From NCBI GenBank assembly GCA_030704615.1, contig CM060731.1, forward strand, positions 88,536,001-88,600,000: a stretch of DNA of 64,000 bases. The letters run 5' to 3'. The position numbers and the translations under genes were made by a program. How positions within the stretch are numbered: the first letter of the stretch is position 1; each line of letters begins with the position of its first letter. The notes beneath the pieces were generated by a model, which did not search any database, was not told where the DNA came from, and saw only the letters and a program-made list of their open reading frames with translations. Of the stretch, positions 23,204-36,599 are shown one piece after another. The DNA comes from Takakia lepidozioides (lineage: Eukaryota > Plantae > Bryophyta).

Positions 23204-24040
23204 CCCTTAACTTCCTACATATAGAGTTTTTTTGCCCTTAAATTTTCTTACCCCTGGACATTATAACCAAGTTATCCACCTATCCAAAAATATGAACCTT
23301 ATAAATCAGTGGTTACCTACCACATACATCCATATACCAAATTGCAAAAACTTTCACCACAAAAATTTCAAGATTATAGTATTTTGGTGGGCGTTGTTTT
23401 CTTTTTGGGAATTTGAGAAACCTGCAATGTCAGGTTTGACCAAGCAATTGCACTATCGGGTTGATTTTTGCTGGGCCCACCGCACCCACAGCCATATCCT
23501 ATTCCAAGATATCCAAGTATGAACAAAATTTCATGCTAAAATGCCAAAGGATGCTACATGCTCCTTTGTATGTATTCTTTGGGGGGTTCATATATGTTCC
23601 ACAACATGGAATTTCTATCATTGTCAAAAAGTATGCAGAAATCCAAGAATTTTTTCTATCCGAGCGGTGAGAGAACAAGTTCCTATTATCCTCATCATAA
23701 TGTTAAATTTTTTTGGGAATCCAATGGAGAATTTTTCAAAAGTTGAGGCCTAAGTGGGGCCAAGTGTTTTGGAGCTGGTTGTTGCATGCACCAATAGAAA
23801 GTTGCCACGTAGGTAGTCAACCCTGCCTAGCCCCTCTCTTTACCTAACCCCAACGTTTTTGCAAAAATCTCCAGGTCAGGGTTTCACTCCAAATGCATTC
23901 ATTTCCATTTGTGGGTGGGGACTATCTTGTCAGCAAATTTATTGCTTCAGGAATAGTTTAATTTCAATAAAATCTGAGCAAGATATGGGCATTTTTCTTA
24001 CAAATCAAGACCCGATTCAGGTCGTGTAGGAAGTTAAGGG
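23204..24040. mobile_element. piggyBac-like MITE (837 bp)
   Basis: TTAA|CCCTTAACTTCCTACA ... TGTAGGAAGTTAAGGG|TTAA: a perfect 16-bp TIR with TTAA on both sides. Confidence 0.85.
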
Positions 24041-24315
24041 TTAAGTTTGTCTGGCTGACCATGCTTTGAGTTTGGCAGAAATATTTGTGGTAGTTTGTGC
24101 TCAAGTGAGTTCAACTTTGGACAATTTTGTTGCGTGAGCACGGTTTTCATGAGATTTTGGATAATTTCATAATGTTTTTCGTGTGAGTGCCGTTTGGTTT
24201 CGTTGTAGCATATTCTTAGGAGTTTTAAAGAATATACAGAATATGCCTATCTGCACCCAACCTCCAGAAAAAATATCAAAGGCTTCGTCAGAGGAAACTA
24301 TTCAAGTTTGCCTAA

Positions 24316-24722
24316 GAGCATCCCCACCCTTATGATTGAAATGGCCCCTCTACGTCCGTTTTGAGGAGGTTGGTTTAGGACTCTCGACAGGTGTGTGAAG
24401 GGGTGGGCTGCTCGTAGCCACACCCTTGCCCCTCGTTACGCCCCTGTATCCAATGTCCTCGCCTTGCTGGAGTTCCCAGCGACATTCTCATACGTCCTTA
24501 CATACTCTCATACGCTTTGACATATCCATGGTCTGGACGACTCGGTTGCGGGACGAGTTCAGGTCACTGAATATTGTGCACGGATACAGTGAAAGAGAAG
24601 GGGTTTAGGGTTTGCCCTTGACGGCATATACGGTAGGGGGCAAGAGTGTGGGACGTTTGGAGGGAAATCTGAGCTTGTATAAGAAAAGTAGGGGTCCATA
24701 GAGGTGTAGAGTGGGGATGCTC
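24316..24722. mobile_element. PIF/Harbinger (Tourist-like) MITE (407 bp)
   Basis: TAA|GAGCATCCCCAC ... GTGGGGATGCTC|TAA. Confidence 0.88.
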
Positions 24723-26556
24723 TAAGTGCAAAAGGCCCCCAAAAAGACAACTAGAGTGTGTGAAAGCATGTGCTCACATGAATATGGACTCTAACAATCT
24801 TGTTGCGCTATCGAATATTTTTAGGATGTGCAGAGCATATGCAGAGAATTTGGGTCAGGTGGCCTGAGCACACCGAAGCCTACCCAACCTCCGCCGAGGA
24901 TTATTCTTGTGCTCTACTTACGTCTCTGTGGCTTTGATTGGCATACATGTGTACATTCATTTGCTTTTAGCCTTGTTTTCAGTGACCCAGCCATGAAATG
25001 AGGGTAACTAACGCGAGCATAGCGTGGAGGGGACCACCAAAAGTGGGCGGACAGCGCTGGTGCAGGGCAGGCTCGTGTGAAGAGAGTATGTATTGCTGTA
25101 AAGTGGGCGGCCCTTGTGCGAGACAAGCCACAAATCACAACTTTGGGGATTTCAACATCAAAAGTAGGAAGTGGGGGCCACGATGAAGAACAACAGGTGG
25201 TTGCAATAAAATAAGCACGCCCCTTGGATAAGGGAAAGGATACTTATGTCTCGTCCTGTCTGCATTTACATCTCCTCAAGTTATATTATATCAATTGTAT
25301 ATGGCCTTCCCCGAAGTGTTGCCACAACAGAATACCTACCCTCCTGCTCGAGTACCAAGATTCTTTCACTCCTCACCGCATAAACAACACCAACAAAACT
25401 GTACAACACAATAATAACAAGCAAACAGACAAAGGTGTGGATAGGTAGAGACCAGACAGGATTTTCTTTCTCTGGGACGCAATTTCATCACCATCATCTC
25501 ACCCACCCGCCCTCCACAGTCTACCTATGGATCCTGGAACATGACAAAGGACCTGTCAGAATGAAGGGCTCCTAATAAGTTGGTTGGGTATAAGCAAGGA
25601 AGTTGAGAATTATAGCCATGCAAGAAGAACAGGCCTATATTTGGCCCTTCATGAAGTTAGTGTCAGAGTTGCCAGCGGAGGCTTCAGCTACTGCGTGTCT
25701 AAAGCATGTGAGTGATAATAAGCAGGGACTAGGCTATCTTTGCATCTTCTAATTAGTTGTGGAAGAAAAGGACTCAATCAGCCTGGGATTTTTGTGGAGA
25801 ATGGCAGGCGGCAGCAAAGTTGCCAAAGCTTATAAGCAATTCTATCAATGCTTACCGTACTCGCCTGGACGCTTCAGATGCATGCAGGTTTGTTGATCTC
25901 TCTAAAAGTGGAATATTTTAATTGGGAAGCACTGTTCAGGATTTGGAAGAGCCACATACCAATGAGGAAAGGTAATTAGATAGCCCTTCAACTGGCACAC
26001 GAATCGCCAGCCCTGAATATCTGCGTCCAAAGATCTTCATTCATGAATGCAGCCGTCGGCATTCAACAAATCATGGACATGATGCCTGCAGGCCCGTCCT
26101 TTCTGTGCCCCTTTGGGCTGCGACGCGGCGCCTCAACAAGGTGACCCTCAACAAGCCTCAAGGTGTCCCTTCCTGCGCACGCATCTTTGGCAGCTTCGCG
26201 GGAGCCTTCTCTCCAGACTGTAACTACGTCTTGTGTGGAGGGACCCAGCTCCTCACTCCTCCCTGCGACCCCGACCCACATGTTGACCACCCTTCGGGAC
26301 TAGAAAACAAATCATATTTAGGGAACACTAAAACAACTAGGGAGGATAGATTAATATTTACAACACTTACAGAGCAACCCCTTCTTGTACACGAGGAAGT
26401 GTAGGCACAACATGGGTCATCCGGTTGCACTAGTATTACCTTCTGATCCTGTGATTGCTATGTTTTAGTATGCAAGCTCCAGCTTAATTATGGGGCTGAT
26501 CTCAAGCTGCCTAGAGTATATCTCGCAGCCTTTATGGTGCCCTTCACATTTACTGA

Positions 26557-27279
26557 CCCTTAAACGCCCACATGTCATGTTTGCCTTTTTTCTAAACCTC
26601 GCCCCAAAAATGGGTGTAAAATTTGGAAAATTTCAAATTTTCGAAATTTAACCGGATGTTCTATAGCCACCTCCCTCCTTCATACCCTGACGTAAGTTAA
26701 ATTCAAGGAAATCTGACCAGATCTTGCGATTTTGCACAGTTGAAACTATGACCTATTTTGGGGCTCCTAAATAAAAAATTCCAGCTAGTTATTCTTATTT
26801 TTCAGTGGCGGATTCAAACGCTTTTTCCATGAAACTTTTTCCTTGTTATTAACCGCCCTGAGATGGAGCGTCTAACAAACTAAACATGAGCCGATTTGGA
26901 GGAATATAGAGGATGTGGCACGTGTCAATGCATCTTGCATGTGGGGTCCCTGCACGACACAACCACAACTCAAGACGAGAGAAACAACTGTAAGAAACAA
27001 CCTGCAAGGGAAGTAACTTAATTCACAAGCACACTCCCTTTGCCACTACTGCCTTCTTTTGTGGAACCCCCAAAAAATTTGAGAGACCGGCATGGAGCCT
27101 ATGCGGCCAGGTGCATGGTATAAGCATACTTAAAGGGCAGATCTGCCAAAGATATTTTACGACAACTAATATGAAAAGCAGCCCAAAACCCAAAACCGGC
27201 TGTTGGGTTAAGGTCAAATCAATGAAGAGGGGAGCAAACATTTGTTAACAAATTACTCGTGTGCACAAGTAATTAAGGG
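26557..27279. mobile_element. Possible degenerate CCCTTAA-ended MITE
   Basis: Starts CCCTTAAACGCC, matching the right TIR of 34986-35603. A candidate end TTAAGGG lies at 27273-27279. There is no clean TTAA duplication. Confidence 0.35.
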
Positions 27280-29558
27280 AGAAAAAAAATTTCAACATTT
27301 ATGGTAGTTTAACGTTTAGTGAGGTAAAAACATTATGGAGGGTGGACCATAAAGCACACCAGCGAGGCTGAGAGGCGTTCTGGGCCCTCCACTTGCAGGA
27401 TTGACCAGCACACGATTCGTGCAAATATCAGTTCAAGTCACTTTGTCAGGGACTTCGGAACCCACAAAGGGCGCCGTATGTGAGGATCCTCCTTCACCCT
27501 TTTCTTCAGTCACCAGTGAGCTGCTCTTGGAGATTTTGTCAGAACCCAAATCACAAAAGACGACAAATGTGGACCTTCCAGCTGATGAATACACCACAAC
27601 ACTAGGGATATATGACGCAGCAAGCTTGTGCATCATGTTTTTAGTAGCAACTACTCCTGATGAGAGAGGCTGCCCTGCTGTTCCCTTGAGGTGTGGACTC
27701 AATGGAGGGAGACCAACACATCTTCGGCCATCGATGAAGACCCATAATCAACGATTTGGTCTAGGCCCTTTGGAATGCATTATTTTGCTTCCATGAACTG
27801 CTCAAGTGAACTGCTTGAGTGCCGACAATGTTCTGGGATTTTTGACAGGGGGCCTCCATTTTGTCTTCGAGCTAAAAGTGGTCCCTGAAAGTACACTGAG
27901 GAATGCACATGCTTGTGTAGTCACATGGCAGAGCACATGACCAAGACACAGAAACCTACATGGTAGCTGCTTGATGAACGTTTCCACCAGAATCCACATA
28001 TACCAGCTGCCGGGCGAAACATTCATCTGCATTTATAACACACAAGTGCAGAGGGAAATTTTGTGCTATCGCAAATTGACACCTCAATACCCCTTCTGAT
28101 GTTCGTAGATCAAAGCTGCACATAGCATACAAGCAGAACTGAGACCTGTAAACTTAAATCATTTGTGAAGGCATCAATGTGTGAGAGAGATGGAGAAGGA
28201 GAGAGGGAGGTCTTGAAAAGACAGCACTTTCCAACTTCCAGTTGAAATAGTCCCACTGCCTTGGTTATCTCAAAACCATCTCTTTCAAGCAGACTGGACG
28301 AGTGGAGTCAGAAACTAACTCCAATCCTACCACCTCTTACTTTATGCAGAACCCACTAATTTGGATTCTGAAACGGCAACATTTCAGCATAAAAACTGAA
28401 TTACTGAATATGGAGCATGGGACCAGGGACAGGTTAGTAGATGCAAGTGGCAATAGCTGATACAGAAGTCAAAGCGCAACACAGCAACACTCGAACACCT
28501 CCCATGCCTACAGACCAGCACAAAAGAGGACGAGTGGGAGAAAACTTGCAGGTACAGATTTTGGGCACATATACTGAGGAAGACAACTTGACACTGCTCC
28601 GAAGAGCATGAACTGGCTCTGTGTATGACTTGCCAACTACACTCTCAGGAACCTCCCATCCTCGAGTTGAGCTCTATTCATAGGGCATAGGATTGTGTCT
28701 GTGTATTTAAGAGATTTGCATCTCAAAAGTGCCAGAAGGGGGCTACAAGAACCAGTAAGGAGCACTTTAGCACTCTTTACTGAACTGGACACTCACCTCA
28801 ATTAATCGGTTGGGGATTTGACCAGCACTCAGGAAACTCACACCAAAGAAAAATGTACGGAGCTCATCCCAAAAAGAGACTCTTGGTATACATAGAGATT
28901 CCTTGACAAGCTAAGCCTACAACACTCACTTCACACAGAGACAAAAGTGATCCCAAACTCTAAACAAGCCAGAGACGTTGGACATGAACTTGTACTCAAA
29001 GGAACAATCTGCGAACCACAAACCCAGATAAATTACTGATAAAGCCAGATAGGCATGTGCCACCTGGCGAGGGCTTACAGTACCTAAACTTTACATTGCC
29101 CACCGGATGCCCAGTGAATGTTTCACAAATCTCACTAATGCAAGTAGCTGCCAGTAAAACATTACACTAAAGCAATCATGTTTTACAAATGGATATACCT
29201 TAGTTGATATGCTACCGGTTGCTTTGAGCTTGAACAGGCCTATGCCATCATGTCGGCTAGTTCCTACCTTGAGGACATTCACAATCCGTAATCAGCGTGG
29301 CGTGAGTGCCCATGGCAGGATCACACACTACTATGTAAAATGCTGTCATCCACCCATGCACTGTAACATAACTTCTCCACCATAGCCTCTACACATAGCG
29401 TCTGAAGATGACCAGTAGCAAATCTACAGAAGAGCCAATACTGTGATGCAGACCGTGACATTGCATGAATGTCCCTGAGCGACCCCCTGCGTGGATCCAA
29501 ACGTCAAAGACACGAGGAAAAAGCTATCCGCCAATCCTTCAGCCTTCACCAATCAAGC

Positions 29559-30131
29559 CTAGGATACTGATAGACGTTCCGTGTCTCTCTGTAACACCAG
29601 CTGCTCCACAACCTGACCTAAAGACTTTAGATTACACCTTACAACCGTGTCGACAAACAATTGAGTCTCTTCCGTCGTGTTGCCCTCGGGCACACCAGCA
29701 ACGTATGACTCAAGAACCAGGGTCCCCGGCCTCCCATTAACTTCATGCTCATGCAGAGAGGTGACCGACCAGTAATTGTGCAAGCGATGGCCGCCACCGA
29801 GCACTCTAAAACTGAATATATGTTCGACCTCATCCAGTAACTCTAAGCGCTCGAGACTGGTGGTAGCAGGGATTCCAGACACCAACCGAACCTCCCGTAT
29901 GCTACCCACGCCACCGTCACCCTTAATGATGGAACAGCTTTGAATAAACTTCTTGTAGACCTCTGGCCTGTCAAACCTCCGAACCACCGACCACACAGCC
30001 TCAACCGGTGCATCGATAAGCTGCACAAAAATGGAACCGCACTGGAATGGCTCAAGCTCGTGCGTATGGTAACGGCATATCAGATCCCGCCGGCCTTCTG
30101 GAAGACTCTGCAAATCCTGCGACCCTTTCAT
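29559..30131 (-). CDS. PYL: Abscisic acid receptor, PYR/PYL/RCAR family (190 aa, intronless)
   Basis: [26 protein letters not shown], gate loop [13 protein letters not shown], latch [35 protein letters not shown]. Confidence 0.95.
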   Translation of the reverse strand: MKGSQDLQSLPEGRRDLICRYHTHELEPFQCGSIFVQLIDAPVEAVWSVVRRFDRPEVYKKFIQSCSIIKGDGGVGSIREVRLVSGIPATTSLERLELLDEVEHIFSFRVLGGGHRLHNYWSVTSLHEHEVNGRPGTLVLESYVAGVPEGNTTEETQLFVDTVVRCNLKSLGQVVEQLVLQRDTERLSVS

Positions 30132-30687
30132 GCCCTTCGTTTTTTCTTCTTAGCAGCAATCGCATGGTGTCCAGATTCCTGCTCCTACTTAAGCAACCTA
30201 CTAACCCACCTTCTGACAGTGTCGGACATTTCCATAGACTCAAACTCGAGGTTTCTCCAGTCCTAGCACGCCCGAGTACTCCGTGCTGGGTCAACGGCAT
30301 TCACACAAGACACAATCCTCCCAGCTTCTGCTCACATCTCCCCACCCCCGCCACAAACCCCATCACACCCTTCCATCGCCACAAGCATCACTGCGCAGCC
30401 CACTCGGAAGTCGTCACCTCCGCTCGCTGGCACGCTCAATCCCAGGCTCGCAGCGCAGGGCAGCCTAGTTACTTGTTCGCAGGATTTGTCGTCCCCTCCA
30501 CCCCAACAACGATGTCATCGCACGTGCTCTCATCGGTTCCTGCGATTCACAATCTCCCACGTCGCCGCACTCGATTGGCTGGCAGAGAGATAGAGCACTG
30601 TGAGCTCTTCATTGGTCGACGCTGGCTTCTTCCTTTTCTTTCTCTTTTTATTTTATTTTTCTCTATTACGGTATGTTTAAATAACCG

Positions 30688-30730
30688 TTTTTTTTTTAAA
30701 ACAAAAGGGGACGGAGGCCCTTTCTATTAA
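30688..30730 (-). mobile_element. Very short LINE 3'-end stub upstream of PYL
   Basis: A T-run followed by AAAGGGGACGGAGGCCCTTT, the same motif found at the 3' end of the L1-like element (~33885-33904). Confidence 0.5.
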
Positions 30731-31013
30731 AAGATGGAAGAACAAATATGTAACAAATTCAAGCGTGAACGTTCCTCATCTTATCTCGATGTTACATTTT
30801 GCCACCACTGCAGTAACATCAAAGTGTGAATAGACGTGCTAATTCTAACTACAAATCTATGATGTTATATAACCTGTGATATGTTAAAATTAATACCAAC
30901 ATGGCATCGTGGGTTCAATGCTCACTGTTAGCAATGATACATAACAATATCTCAACACGGGGTGTTACATTTTTTTTCCTCTGCTCACACTAATTATGGT
31001 CATGTTGTGCTCA

Positions 31014-32480
31014 GAGCATTCCCACCCTAAACCTGAGCATTCCCACTGTGCTTCAATCAAATCGATGAATTGATTTTGTGCTCAGGTTTTATTATTCTCC
31101 TTGTGGAAATGGATCCAAGTATGATCGAAACTACACATATGACTCCACCTTTCTTCATGTCTGATTTCAATGCAAAGACTTTTGTTGCAAGCACGACGTC
31201 TTTTTACATGTCAACGGCATTGAACAGCTACAAATTATCTTGTAATTTTTCTCACATTTTTGGGCCCTACCTCGGAGATTGGGTGAAACCTCATAACTCT
31301 ACATGGTTTTCTATTTCTTTATAGGGCCCACCTCCTAAAAGAGGGCAGTAGTTACGAGGCGAAGTGGCTCTAATTAGTTACGCCGGTTTCGACCAGAGTC
31401 TTTTTCTTCTGGTTTTATGTTTTCTTGTTCATAAGGTTTGATGCAGACGATCGTTGGATACAAAATTTCCATATGTCCAAAGAGAGTGTCTTCTACCTAT
31501 GTGTGATAAGTTGAAACATTTCATTCAAAAACAAGACACCAAATACAAAATGGCAATACCAGTTGAAAGTAGGGTATCGTACACTCTTTACAAATTAGCT
31601 CAAGGGGCTAACCTACTCATGTGTAGCGAACCATTTTGCAATCGTGAGGTTGTGTGGTCTGTCAAGATTGTCTTTCGAAATCTCATTGCTTGGCCTATAG
31701 CTGGTAGAAAAATGGAGACATTGATGACCGAGTTCAAAAGTTGATGTAGTTTGTCAAGTGTTCACGAAGCAATCGATGGCACACACATTGCGATCAAAAA
31801 ACCACCGGGACCATTTGCAGAGGATTACTATTACCACAAAACATGAGGCTACTTGATCATGGTTGCACAAAGAGTAGTTGATTGCAACAAAAAATTCACA
31901 TATATATACATTGGAATGCTAAGAAGTGTCAATGATTTTCGGGTATTGAAGACTTCTGGACTCTACCGAAAAGCATAATATCAGGGATTATTTACCATGG
32001 ACATGGGTTCACATGATGGATTTTCTCCCAATCTCCTTGGCAATAAGGGCTACCCTTGCATTTCTTGAATAATGATGCCACAGAAGAGGGAAATCATTCA
32101 ATCTTGAAGCTCTTTTACAATCGCAAACGCAGAAGAGGAAGATCTGTAGTCGAAAATGCTCTTGGAATCATGAAAAAAACCTTCAGAGAAATGCTTTGCC
32201 AAACCAAGCTTCATGTCGCATTGGTTCCAGATGTGTTTACTTGCTGTTGCATCCCGTATAATCAGATTACAAGGATAGAATGGAAAATGACCTTGAAAGG
32301 CTCATGAGAATTATCGAGAGAAAAAACCAAGCATTGTCAAGGCCATAATGCAACGAAGGACCAGAACTTGGCAATAAAATACCAGAAAGGGAATTTATTC
32401 AGGGTCAAGAAATATCAGCTATTGAGAAAAGCACTCAATTGGAGATATATCTTGGTCGTCAACGCAACCTAGCATGACTA
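31014..32480 (+). pseudogene. PIF/Harbinger transposase remnant with a TIR-like end
   Basis: DTKYKMAIPVESRV..TLYKLA.G, AIDGTHIAIKKP, VAQRVVDCNKKF, SVND.RVL, LLGNKGYP, YNRK..RGRSVVENALGIMK, with stops and frameshifts. GAGCATTCCCACCCT at 31014 resembles the MITE TIR at 24316. Confidence 0.85.
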
Positions 32481-32589
32481 CATGTGAGTATGCTATTTAT
32501 TAAGCACTGCCGATGCTATTATTTCATAATCAAATCATCTATAGTTTTCTACAGTCACACAATGGTACCTACCATAATCCATCGCCTAA

Positions 32590-33266
32590 GAATCATGAGT
32601 GGCTCAGATTCACCCAACATTTACAACTCCATTACATACCGGCTGATTGAGTCATGTTTCAGACAAGCGGGACTCAACTACTCTTCACTAAGCCTGCTAG
32701 ACGACTTCTATCTCAAAAGTTTAGTCCCCTATATGCTAGACTCTCTTGTAAGTACTATATGCATTAACAGCTCCGATCACTACCCCGTCTCCCTTATATT
32801 TCTCCACACCCTCATCCCTACCCAGCCTACACCACTAACACAACCACCAAACCTTGAACGCAGAATTATGTCCCCTATACCCTTAGACAACATCACCGCC
32901 TTTCAAGCCCATTTCCACCAAAATGTCGCAGATCACATCATCTTTCTGTCCACAATTATGTCAGACTGCAACCAGAATCCCACAGTCCACAACTGGATTA
33001 GAGCCAAGGACGGCCTTAAATCCATGATGCACCAAATCACCAATATCGTTATTCACACATGTTATGACATCCCCCAAACAATTATACGTACAAAACACAA
33101 TGGTGGCTACCTCACTCGTACACAACGACGCAAATGGACAACCCTCCTTAACACATACCACACCATACGACGAGCTCTCACAATCATACCCCAACCCCAT
33201 TTTATACCTTTGCACCTAGAACGGTGCTTAGACCCGCCCATCATCCGCTTAAACACTATACACTAG
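32590..33266 (+). mobile_element. Non-LTR retrotransposon fragment: end of AP-endonuclease plus linker
   Basis: LLDDFYL...SSDHYPVSL matches the APE C-terminal ID/SDH motifs, followed by a long open linker. Confidence 0.6.
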
Positions 33267-33849
33267 AAAGATTTTTGTCTTTTATAACTCATTTTATGAC
33301 TCCTTTTGAGTCATAACAAACATGAACAACTCTCCGACTTTGACTTGTAAAAGACGTGTTACAACAGACAACCAATGGTATTGAACATGCCGGAGATGAA
33401 GTAGTACCGGACGGATGTAATATTTACTGATGGGAGATTATTGCAGGATAACCACGTGGTGGATTTTCGCTGGCCGTCCGTGACTTTGACTTTTGACTTG
33501 ACTTTTCGCTATTGAATTGCAAAGCAGCTAATATGCTAATATGCAGTGAGACACATACGAGATGTCCACGTGCTTGAACCGTGACAACGCATGTGGGCTT
33601 CATTGATTTGGACGTTCAAAGACACGTGGTATCATCTCGCTTGACGGATCGGAACATCGTAGTCGTTTACATGACACGATCTGTTAATAGACCAGTAATA
33701 GTTTCTACATGCGGAGTGGCCGCAACCACATCCATCAGTAAGCACACACTAATACGGAGTGGCAACGTGCACTCCAAACCGGTCGACATGTGTGGCACTT
33801 CAAACATAATTGCAATGGAAAGAATGACTTGTAGTAATATTTGTGTAGT

Positions 33850-35880
33850 TGTCTTTGTTTTGTTTTGTTTTGTTTTTTTAAGAGAAAGGGGACGGAGGCC
33901 CTTTTAATCAAATCAATAAACGAGGAAAAAATAACCTCGAGGCCATAAGGAATACAGGGCGAGGCCACTTCAAGGCCGCTATTGTCCAAAGCACTAAACC
34001 AGAGAGATCAAACAACCAAATATCACGAACAGAGGCCACACAGGCCCTATAGAGACCATAGAATAGATAACGAGGCCAAACAAACAAGTAACAAGAACCA
34101 TGAGCCATTTGCAGCAAAAGAGGCACCAAGCCAGCAAGCAAAAAAAAGAGACATCTAACAGCCCAAGCAGACTAGATCAACGCTGAGTGTCAAAATCTAA
34201 ATGAGCTTGAATCTTGGAGCGTCAAAGCTTGCGGCGGCGCCAGCTCACGTTTAGCGGGTGAAGGCCAGTGATTAGGAGAAGCACCAGGTCCGGGGAGTGC
34301 AGGAGGCCCAGATTGTGCCCTCGTCGGAAAGGCCAGTGTAGAAGATTCCCCGCCACCCCATGAGATGTTAAAAGTTTTGATGAGCTTGGCGCGTTTATCT
34401 TGAGAACATCTGAGAATAGCTGCATTCAAAACCTCCCAAGCCTTGTGCCCTTCTGTTAGCAAATTGAAAAAAATAACCTGCAAGGAAGCTTGAATGGAGG
34501 GAGCAGTGCCACTGTACAATTTTGCACAGCGGGACTTCCAAATCTGCCAAAGAGTCAACGAACGGAGACAAGCCCAAATATCACAAGTGCACCATAGCTG
34601 ACCCTGATGTAGGTTGAGAAGGTGGACAGATATGCTGGATGCATCAACTGATTTCCAAGCCTGGTAAAGGGCTCTAAGATGAGACCATAAAGAAAAAGCA
34701 AATCTGCAGCTAAACAAACAATGTTCCAGCGATTCAGAAAGCCCATCAGAACACACGGGACAAAGAATTTGGGGGTCATAAGTAGAACCTACTGGCAAAA
34801 TCCTATTGCCAATTTTCCAGAGAAAGGCCGAGATTTTAGCGGCCCTTTGAGGGGCCCAAATATGTTTCCAAATATCCTTCCAATTAACAGTGAAAGGCAT
34901 GATGTGTAACCACTTCGCAGCCCATTTAGCTGTGGGAATATTAAGGCCCAACAAAGGGAGTAGCCAAGCTTGGCTGAGTAGTTAACCCTTAAATGGGCAT
35001 AGCCCGTTTTGGGCCTTTCAAATCAGGAAATTTGCAATAACTTATCAGTTACGCCCAGCCACCTGGGCTAATCTGAACCATTGGACGATTTTCCCTGATC
35101 AAGGTCAGGATTCCCGAGTTGCTGCAAATCTGGGTCCCGCGTTTTCTGCGCGAGTTGGAGCGTGCTTGAAGGTGGCCGTTTGGATTCCATTTTTCCAAAG
35201 AGCACTCAACTATGCATTTTTGACCCACTCTGCTTTGACCAAGTGTTAGCAACTCATTTTTCGCATTTTGTTTTTTGCAATGGATGTGAAATCCCATCAG
35301 GATGAATGAGGAGCAGTTTCAGCTCATTTGGAAATCATCCCATCACCCATTTCTGCAAATTACTCATTCCAATTTACAATTTTGGTGTGTGGGGCCCAAA
35401 GAAAGGGCCTAGTTGCAACGGTGGCATTTTCCGGATTTTCATCCGATTCCCTCAAAATTGGCATGTACCTGCAGCAAGTAGGTACGCACCTGATATGCGG
35501 TCAGAAATTTCAAATTCAAAATTTTCCGAGGATTACAACTTTTTTTGGGCACGGGGGTCAGGTTTTTTACAAAAGTAAAAAATGACTACTAGGCGTTTAA
35601 GGGTTAAAGAAAGGCAACTTTTCAGGCCAATTCCACTCTCCTGGATCAAAGGAAAGATCAACCAGGGGACAGTTCTTGTACGAGAAAAGCAAAGATGAGC
35701 GCGCCCATGGACCAGGCTCACTTGAAGGGTCAGGTAATGGGTCAATCACACCTGATCTGCCGTCCACAACCCGAATAGAGTATAGGAGTGACAGTGGCCA
35801 CGAAATCTCAGCGATGAAAACTAGTCTTCCAGAACTGCGAACCCCAAAACCCAGCCCATGACCACCCAATTCCCCAGAGC
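33850..35880 (-). mobile_element. 3' part of an L1-like LINE (zf-RVT region, 3' UTR, A-rich tail) interrupted by a MITE
   Basis: WKHIW...KISAFLWKI...LP...CPVC...ESLEHCLFSC.FA..LW...LWQIWKSRC. On the minus strand the tail is an A-run plus (CAAAA)n at ~33853-33879. Confidence 0.85.
34986..35603. mobile_element. piggyBac-like MITE (618 bp) inserted at TTAA in the LINE
   Basis: TTAA|CCCTTAAA ... TTTAAGGG|TTAA. Removing it plus one TTAA restores the LINE frame PEKLPFFN-YSAKLGY. Confidence 0.85.
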
Positions 35881-36599
35881 AAGAAGAAAGCAGTAAAATG
35901 CTTGGGGGATCAGATTCTTTGCAATTTGTTATTTTGTAATTACGGTTTCAACTAGTTTGCGACTAAGTCGGTAATTCATGTAGTGATGAAAAGCCACTGT
36001 AAGTGACGAATTTTATTGCATTTGTCACTCTACGCAGTCAAAGTTGAAGTTGTTTATGGCACTTTGGGAAGCTCACATCACTTGTTGGCTATCACTTGGA
36101 GAAGAGGTGGAAATCACTCTATTTGAGCACTCCTACTGCCAACAACTATATATCCGATTGGGAAGACAAGACATTGGCTTGAATAGACTTGTTGTATGTT
36201 GCAACCTCCTGCCGAATGGAAGCACACTGTGGGCCTTGTTTGATGAGCCCTACGGATAGGGAGAAGTCCCAACAAACCAGCAATTATGAAACAAATCCAT
36301 GCATATAAAAAAGCTCTTAGTGATCTGAAGAGGGAATGGGGGAATTACAGTTCAATGACACAGACAAGGAAACAAAACTAATTTTCAGTCTTTAATTATT
36401 AGGAAAGTCTTGTGAAAGGAATGAACAACACACTGGCTCCGGGACAAAAACATAAATGTCACTTCCAATTCCAATCACTACAATGGAAACAAGGTTTTTT
36501 TTACTGTCCATTTCACTATTTTTTTAGGCAAATGTGACCATTTGACTACTAGCACTAGCAGTCACAAGCGTCAAGTCGACGACGTCAGTCCCTTACGAC

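Noticed and set aside
25450-28050. Short ORFs at 26063-26430 and 27401-28032 as genes
   Set aside because: I found no recognisable domains and no consistent exon chain.
30047-30730. 227-aa plus-strand ORF
   Set aside because: It is antisense to the PYL 5' region, has no motifs and ends in a LINE stub.
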